DNA of 64,000 nucleotides, taken from the NCBI GenBank assembly GCA_000182565.2, contig KQ257451.1; one strand, given 5' to 3'. The notes beneath the pieces are model-generated. The model saw only the letters and a list, made by a program, of their open reading frames with translations, did not search any database and was not told where the DNA came from. Numbering within the stretch: the first letter of the stretch is position 1; every line of letters begins with the position of its first letter. Of the stretch, positions 55,707-64,000 are shown one piece after another. Source of the stretch: Spizellomyces punctatus DAOM BR117. Lineage: Eukaryota. The position numbers were made by a program, and so were the translations under genes.

Positions 55707-56169
55707 GTCTCGCTATCGCCGGAGAAAAGCGCAACGGACGGGTTCGTTGTTGTAGAAGATTGCCCGGAAACGGGAATCTTGAAGGTGGATGATTGCAGAG
55801 CAAAGTTCCTTTTTCCTTGAGGTGGGAATCATTAGGGGTCAGCTAAGCTACTAAGCGTACCAGGCTGTCGTTCACGATCACATGAACGTAAACAAATAGC
55901 GTCTCCGAACGATATTCAAGATGAAGTAAGATTCAAAGTAATAAATATACGTTGACAATTACAAGTGGAGCAGTATGGAGCTTTGAACCGAACAATAATA
56001 ATTGGTAGTTCAGGTCAGGACAAGAATCAGAATGTTTGACTGGGCACTCGCCGATGAGTTGATGATCGCAAGCTATAATTTGCAGAGTCATGCCCCGCAT
56101 AATGAGCCACAGGTAGACAAATATGGGTATCTATCGGCATGCTACCAGATCCGACTACCTCTCCGCTAC

Positions 56170-57659
56170 TTAGATATCCATGTCAATAATCATCTGCAAG
56201 ATCTTCTCCATGTCATTCCGTTCGCTTGTGTATGAGCCTGAAGCGTAATACTGTTTGGGAACTTCCTGCACAGGTGAAAGAACTGCATCAATGGCATGAA
56301 TTACACCATTCATAGCAATCCCGTCGTTGATGAAGACGTGGGCTTCCTCATTGATTTCAATCTACGTGATGGGGTGAGACGGGACACGAGTGCATTGACT
56401 AATGTAAACCTCCTTACTGACCACTGGATGCTTATGATCGTGCTTGTCGTCCTTTTCTTTGGCAGTAATCTTGAGTTTGGCACCTTCAATGGTCGGAAGC
56501 TCAAGTTCTTTCGCTTTCCAAATGTCAGGTGTGTAAACCAGCTGGGGAGAAATATGGTAGGAGACAATCTAATTTCATCATTAAGAGGCGTCATCCAATC
56601 GACAAGTTGAAAGAGCAGCGCTAAACCAACCCGGCGTAAGTCTTCGACGCCATCAGGACTGAACAGGTATCTAAGTCGTTTGAAGCCGAGCTGACCGAGT
56701 GTGGTGTTAGCAAACGTACTGCTGCTGTACCAACGGATGCACCACTGCTGTACCTTCTTGAACGCACGATTCGATGGTGCAAAAACCGTAATTGCTGCAG
56801 TTTCCTTCACAACATCCTTCAGTCCCGCTTTTCCTATAGCCACTTCAAATATGCCAAATTCGAGCGGAAAATGTCCCAAGACATAGAAGACATTGGGAGG
56901 AGGAACGATGATGTGGTCAACACCTTGAATGACGCCGTTCGACGCCTTAATGTCCGCAGCGACGATATGCGAGCGCAAATTCAAAGCAATGTGATCTTTT
57001 TGTAATATATCACAACAGGCGCATTAGTCGTTAATAATGGCCGGGAAGGCCTTAAAGAAGCACCTACTTTTGTGCTCAAAGACTCTGATCTTTTGTGGTC
57101 GGTCACCCAGCGACTCTAGCTTAAGCCGCGTGTCCAGCAGCTGACCATTCTCAAGGTCTTCGGTCTTGTGAGCCTTATCTACAATATGATATAAAAGAAC
57201 CTATTTCCGAGCTTCAATTGATGGGTTTTCTCAGCAGCATTTCTCCTGTAGCAATACCTTTGTGACAACTTCCTCTGGAGGCTTTTTGTCATCTGGACAT
57301 CCTGGGACATGTTTGAATGCCGAGTTAACGGGCGCAAATAACGTCACGTCAGCGTCCGGGCTATCTAATCCTTTGGCAATTTCCTTCCTCTCCTCAATGA
57401 TTTCGGCTAGTTTAGAGAATGCTTCATCTTCACGAATCACTTGGTAAATCGTTTTCTTGTCATCTCCATCCCCCGGCTTTGTTGGGGAGCCATGACCTTC
57501 CGGTGCGAGGGAAAGACCACACAGAAGCAAATCAGTTGAAGTCTTGGGCGCGGAAAGCAAAACATGCTGGATGGGATTAATCTGGCGAGCCGGTAGCGCA
57601 AGACCATAGCTGCTGAGTACGACAGAGACCAGAAGAGCTACTACATGTAATGCAAGCAT
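56170..57659 (-). CDS. Secreted fasciclin (2x FAS1) protein
   Basis: Signal peptide; TLFAPVNSAF and TVFAPSNRAF (H1 motif); DIKASNGVIQGVDHIIVPP and NGVIHAIDAVL (H2 motif). Confidence 0.92.
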
Positions 57660-58497
57660 GTTGATATGGAATGCGTTTGGAAGAACAAAATAAAATAAAG
57701 CAAAATGATGGATATGTTAGCACGCTCCAGCCTACTTGGGCGGGAGGGACTATTTTGCACAGCTCAGAACATGCATTCAAACGCATTGATCGCGTGCTCG
57801 TATAATTGCGTCACGGACCAGGACCAGCACGAGTTAAAGGATCAATGTGTCCGGCGGGAGAACCCCCATGCATTTTGTCCAGTGTTCAACTTGTTTCCAT
57901 TCGCCTTCGCTCCGTCGTCCATCTTTGACCTTCTCCTCCTCCAACAACACGCCCACCATCATCCCAAATTCCTCTCGATGCCTAAACACCCGCTTCAGAC
58001 CCAACAAGTCGCACGACCAAAGCACCATTTCTGGCCATGTTCAGCGCCTGGGTGTTTGTGGCGCACGTTTGTCTGTACGTAAGCGGGCATAAATTTGACG
58101 CCAAAATCCTTATTTCTACAACATCGCGCTCTGATTGGCTGGAAAGTCCAGGGGTGGGTCTTGAGAGCGAGTTGGGGGAAAAGACCTTCTGCTGGCTGTA
58201 GGGCTTTTTCTCGGCTTGGGTTTGCTTTTGGACTTGGGGATCTTTTTTTTTTTTTCCTCACGGGCAGCCGGGATCCTTTCATCTTCTCGACGAAGAAGTT
58301 GAAAGGAAGCAACAAGTTGGGACTCGAGTGCACCAGAGGGAAGCAGAGTAGCTTGTTGGGTTTGGAGAGAAGCGCTTGCTGGCCCGCGACGGTCAATCAA
58401 CAACGTTCCTGACAAAACGACAGTCTCAATCAAAGGTTCTGTTCCTTTGCGGCTCTGTCTGCACTGTTCTTCACATTGTTAGAGGGTGGCAGCCAGT

Positions 58498-60668
58498 ATG
58501 CCGGTTTCCTCTCCCTGTCTCGACTCTGCTGTCAGCGTGCTTGATCAATCACATTCTGCCCCACCCTGTCCGCCCGGAGGATCGCTACCAAACGACACAG
58601 ACCGCTACACAGACAGCGCCTACGATAGCGGTGAAGACCGTCATTCGGAAGCTCAAGTGAGTCCCGCTCCTTATTTTACACCTCCTCCCGAGACCAAACT
58701 TGGGATCGCCACCAAGAAGCGGAAGCGAATGGCTGACGACGACACCGAAATTGCGATTCCCCCACATAACCCCAGGCGTAAACCGCCAAAGCGTCAAATT
58801 GTCTTTGTCGATCCTGACGATGCCATGTCCCCATGGTGGTGGCCAGCCATGGTATGTTTTGGAAACGTTGCGTTGTAGTATGGACTTTGGGCGTCTGATA
58901 GAGGCATGCTGCACTGTCGAAGACTGTATGGGCAATTGACTGGATAGTGCATACCTTGGCAGTTGGATGCGATTGTCTACTTGCGTCCATAAGTCATTCT
59001 CACGCTGTCTTTTTTTGGTCCATGACATAGGTTGTGCCAAAACAAGAGTTCCAGATATTTAAGAAGAGCGTGAACGGCGAAGTCAAGGATCCAAAGGAAG
59101 GAGAATGTGTGGTGGTTTACTTTGAGGATGCGTCTTAGTACGTCTTGGTTTGAGTTGCCCATCAGTGCATATTGGTCGTGAACTAACAGGATCACTTCGT
59201 AGTAACACCATCCGAGAATCCGAGCTCAAACCATTTTGCCCCTCACAACCACCGTATACCACGTACATGAATGGACCAAATGGAAAGGCATTTCGCTCCG
59301 ACAAGGCAGTCATTTTGGCCACATTATATTGGGAGCGGGGCAAAATCCCTCCCGCATTCTCTTGGCTACAAGAATGTCAACTAGACGATAGGGCGCGGAG
59401 CGCTAAGGGGCAAGAGGATGGTTCAGTCAAGGAAGAGGATGCAGGACAAAGAAAAAAGTCAACAAATTCTTCGACTGCTAACAGTCGAAGGGGCAGCCAA
59501 GCAACTTTACCGCGGAAGGACTCGCTCACGGCGAAGGATGCCACGGTGAAAAAATTGGATAAGGCAGTCAAAAAGGTGGGCTCATTTTGCACAAGTATAA
59601 CTTGCAGGGATATCTCACGCGAGATGAAATAGTCTTCCATAATTGCAGTTCCCGCTGCGGGCGGCACTAAACCAAAAGCTCCGTCAACAAATAAGTTATC
59701 CATGCCCATTGTTAATCTAACAACATCAGGATCAGCCTGTACCAGTACGAAGCCGAAGGTCCTCAATAAGGGCATAAGTCCTGAAATGCCGACTCGTGTG
59801 GTCCAGCAAGTGCTGCCTAACGGGGATAGCTTGGACTTGGAAGATCAGTTGAAAGAGAAGCATACGATTGTCAAATTGTCAACTACGAGTAGAAATTCGA
59901 GCGTCCGACGGCCACGTGAGAACCATTTCGGAACTGATGGCTTTTACCCTGCGGGCGGAACATCAGGGGCGGTATGCGCTAAGTGTGGATTCAAGGACGC
60001 AAAACAGCGGCGGGTGTCCTCGGCGCAAATACCTGTAGCGAATATTGGTCATGGAGAAGGAATCACATCGATGCCGCTTTGCAAAGAATGCCGCGAATTG
60101 CTTGACGATGTGCTGCCCAGTCTTGAGCCGACAGCTGATGATGAGGATCCTGTATGGACACCCGGTAATTACTTTTCTTATTCTTATTCGACATCTTGTC
60201 GACAGGTCTGATAGTGTCTACTGACAGAACGACGACCAATACGACTTCTGAAGCATCTTTTACCGGAAAACCGGACGGATCGATTGGTGCGACATTTTAA
60301 AGGTATGTCTCCATCTTGGCTGGATTGCTAACTAATGCCGTACTGATGTCTCGTTCCTGAAATCCCTGACAGCCATGCAGGAACTTGCTCATCGAGAACA
60401 GCTAAATCGCGGAGCACCCTCCTCTGTTGTTCACTCTGTCGCCATCATCCCGTCCGTCTCTCCAGCGCAATTGCTTTCCTTTGCTCCTCAATATACCGCA
60501 CGCAACGCACTATCGAGTTCCGTTTCAAAACAAGGGGCACTGTCAAGCGCGCCGAGCATCCACGCAGCCGAAACACCTGTTGTGTTATCTCCATATGCGT
60601 CTCCACCGCCGTCCGCGACCGCTGCCCTACCCCCGTTACAAGTCGAACGTGGTGAAGGGAGAAGCTAG
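58498..60668 (+). CDS. PWWP/Tudor-like domain protein with CxxC..CxxC zinc finger
   Basis: RQIVFVDP..SPWWWPAM|VVP..CVVVYFEDASY; CAKC..LCKEC; basic NLS-like KKRKR. Confidence 0.7.
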
Positions 60669-61375
60669 GATTGTTTTTTCTTCAATTTGAATTTTTGTTT
60701 TGTTCAATTTTTTCCGATGTATACAATATTCCCTTTTCTTGTTTATCTTTTTCGTTGTAATGAACGCTGCTGGTTGTAGTTTGGCGATCCTGTATGTTGT
60801 GTAGTTTTCTTTCGTCGATGCAGTTTGTACAAACAATGAAACGCAGGCTCGCCACGCAATATGACGTCTTTGCCCATTCGTACATTTCTGCAACGAACTG
60901 GTTGAAATCGCTGCGTATGGCCAAGTATTTGCCATGCCAGTATATTGCGTCATCAAAGTGACCAACAGTATCGCCAAAGCCAGGGCATTTTTGTGTGAGA
61001 AAGTACATGAGTGCAGTGATGCTCAACTTGCTTGGCCAGAACCTAACAGGGATGAATATCTGATGCCTTCAAAGTGGGCGCTGTCCCTCTCTACATCAGA
61101 TTTGATTCAAGATTATTGGAAGGATGTTGGTCTTGTAGAAACCGCGTAGTTCTAACTGGCAAGCTCATCGCATAATGTGTTCATAATCGGTTGATTGCAG
61201 TTGGGATGCATTCAGTCGTCAGATATTGCCTACGGATAGGATTTACATACCACAAATCTGAGACAGCAGAATCATGCTTATGTTATCCAACGTGGCGCAG
61301 TCGCCCAAGGTCAGCTCAGTTTCTGACCTCTTTTGATTTTTAACTACCTCGTTGTCATTGATTCCATTTCAGACC

Positions 61376-64000
61376 ATGTCAGCCTCTTCGGACGACATTA
61401 TCCGCCATATTATCCGGGATATTGTCAGCCGATCGATTGGCGTCCTCAAATCCCGACGAACGGAAGTACAATCGGAAGAGGATGTGAACGTCCCGGAGAC
61501 GCTTGCGGCGTTTATGGTCCGTGCGGTTGTGTTGGATCCTCGAAATGGGTTTCGGATTGAGGGAGAACTTGGAAGAGATGAGGTCGAGCGGCTGATCAAG
61601 GTCGGTAATTTCCTCTTTTGCGGCTGAAGCTATAATCATTCTGAACGTTAACTGATATGATGCCTCTATTCTATGAATGTGGGATAGATATGTGTGGATC
61701 GAATTACAGCGATGAATTCTCCTGTTATGGAAACGGTCAAAATGCAAGTCTACTTTGATACAAACTTCCCGGCGCAAGGTATCATTCGAATGTTTACCTT
61801 GCGGAGAGAGTGCGGCTGGGTAAACATTGTCATTGAACTCCCCAAAGGTGATTTCCTTCACAAAGAAAAGTCTTCCCGTGTATCTGCATGTGCGCCGCTC
61901 TTGCGTGAAATCACCGAGGTTAAAACCAAAGCTATTGCCATCTACGAAGGTATAGGTGCATATCGTTTGGAGAAATCAACTTCGCCCTCTGATACCCTCT
62001 CTCCCTTTAGCCTTGTACCGCAAGATTGTTTCCTACCTTCTACTTCGCAGTCATGTCGGAAATCCAACAGATATGCGAGTTATCCGTGAGACCACAGGTG
62101 ATGAGCGTCGCCACCTTTCAAGTAACATACAACAATCCAGCAGATCCTGACTATCATTGACCTTAGCTGCCTTGGAGTCCGTCTTTCCACAATCTGAACT
62201 CAGTACATTCATTTCGCTTTCCAGACAAGAGAAGGAGGCACAGCTGAATGGGCTATCACAGCTTGCAACAGGGATTAGACTCTTCAACAAGCAGTTGAGG
62301 AAAGGTGGAGAGGGAGTGGATGACTGTGAGTTATCGGTTGTATTTGTGGTTGTTGGTTACTGCGGTTATATTGACCGTTAGACTGAATTTCGGCGTTTTG
62401 GGAGCAGTGCCTGAGTTGTGTAGAAGGGAGCTGCAAGACCTGAGCGAGCGATTGCGAGTACTGACAACCAACACTGAGGAGCTGATTCAAACATATACAG
62501 GTAGTGTAAGGACTTTATAAACAGTAAATAAATGTCCATCCCTTCTCAGACGCCCGTGCTTTACAGCTATCGCCGACTACAGCGAAAAAGCCCCCCGTCC
62601 AGAACTCGGTGACCTCGCTCTCGCCCGACTCAAATCCTCCCTGGTCTTCCGCCGACAATTTCTGATTTATCTTGATGCACTTCAAGAGCAGACCAACCGA
62701 TCTGCGGAAACATTGTCGACACTCAAGGAGCGATTCGAAGAGACAGTGAGGGATTTGAAGACAACGTGTCGCGCAAAGACCGCAGTGCCTGTTGATCAAG
62801 TTTATGTGAGTGCATGAACGGCAGCGATTGAACGAACGATATGTTAATGCCAGGGCACCTGCTCCTTGTTCACTGTTGATTCCCAGCCGCAATTTATCAT
62901 GCTCGCAAATCTATGGACGAATTACATGGACGAACTATTTTTGCTGGCATTTCGGAAGGGGATTCTCAATAATATAGAGGAACATTCCAAGGTGCGGAAC
63001 TTGTATTCTCAGGAATTTCACACTCGATCTTAATGAACACCATACTCTACCAACATGTATAGGCATTTGCAATGGATATCCCACCCATTACCCTCGCTCT
63101 TTCTCAACCGTTCAAGCAAGATATTGAGCCAGAAATACTACCAGGTAATCAAAAAGTCATCCAAAAAAAGCACGGTAAACGGCAACGCTCACCGAGCACT
63201 CCAAATTGACAGAGCAAAAGGTGATTGCAAATGCTGCAGACTTAATGACGGCAGTTGCGGTGACAGGTCAAAAAGGAGTCGAGGTCGTACACCCCGGCAA
63301 CACGACACAATACTATCGGCTGCCTGTGGAGTATGGTGTAAGTCTAGATAGCAAGAGACGGATATGGCCGGGTCTTTGACGCAATCTTGTGTTTGACTTT
63401 TCTAGGGATTCTGCCCATACACACTCTACAAACGTGACGGGCTGGTTCTCCCAGGAGACAAGAACCTTGGTCTCGTCCGCTGGCGAGATAAACTGTACGC
63501 CTTTGCCACGCTCGATTCGGCCAAAGAGTTTGCTAAAGCTCCGGACCGGTACACCGAAGCCGTTATCACACTCGCCAAGCATTCCCCGTCGTTTGTCCAG
63601 CTTTTGCATTTGTACACGTATTTTCCCACTGTGGAGGCACTGGAGAATGCGAAATCGTTTACGAGGCAAAGGTTGCTGGGGAAGGTGCCGCTAGTCTCCG
63701 AGGTTGGAACACAGGTGGATACACATGTTGTAGATAGACATTTGGATAAGAATTATGAATGGAATGAATGGGAGTTGAGAAGAAAGGCGATCATGTTGGT
63801 GGGTGCTGGATCTATATCTGGTGTAAAAAGTTCATTTGTTTATCTCTTTACTAATGTCTACCTTGGACTTTACAGGTAAACTTGAGAACCAAGCAAACGC
63901 ACTCTGTACAGACCAACTCGAGTCATTTCCGGAGAGAAGCCGAAACTCAACATTACGAGCCACGGTAAAATTCTGCTTCAGCCTGCAGAAAGCATGCGTC
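61376..64000 (+). CDS. CFAP206: Cilia- and flagella-associated protein 206, 3'-truncated
   Basis: ETLAAFMVRAVVLDP; TVKMQVYFDTN; AALESVFPQSEL; LATGIRLFNK; AVPVDQVY|PQF; GFCPYT; DKNYEWNEWELRRKAIML; SHFRRE. Confidence 0.93.

Noticed and set aside
60682-61149. ORFs downstream of the PWWP gene
   Set aside because: Overlap a T-rich 3' UTR; no motif or splice support.

Overview
Gene-dense, intron-rich eukaryotic DNA with short (~50-80 nt) GT-AG introns and CTRAY-type branch points. Fungal-type genes occur together with four cilium/centriole genes (SSNA1, DNAAF4, RAB23, CFAP206), which points to a flagellated fungus (chytrid; Spizellomycetales is an unverified guess). I reconstructed about 29 protein-coding genes by manual splicing, including SSNA1/DIP13, which the ORF track misses. 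The window also holds a 309-bp Tc1/mariner-type MITE with a TA target-site duplication and a 262-bp tandem duplication. Main highlights: (1) a PDI whose first WCGHCK active site is assembled from consecutive 5-, 9-, 2- and 12-nt microexons; (2) a RasGEF with ESCRT-type motifs (MIT-like N-terminus, two PSAP+FPSVP repeats, MIM1-like tail); (3) a perilipin-like 11-mer repeat protein; (4) a recurrent TCACGTGA promoter element also carried by the MITE; (5) animal/plant-like genes that yeasts lack (full-architecture PARP1, COP1, FAM114A, a PRAS40/S40-like protein). No rRNA, tRNA or CRISPR was seen. Family assignments are by eye; no database searches were run.
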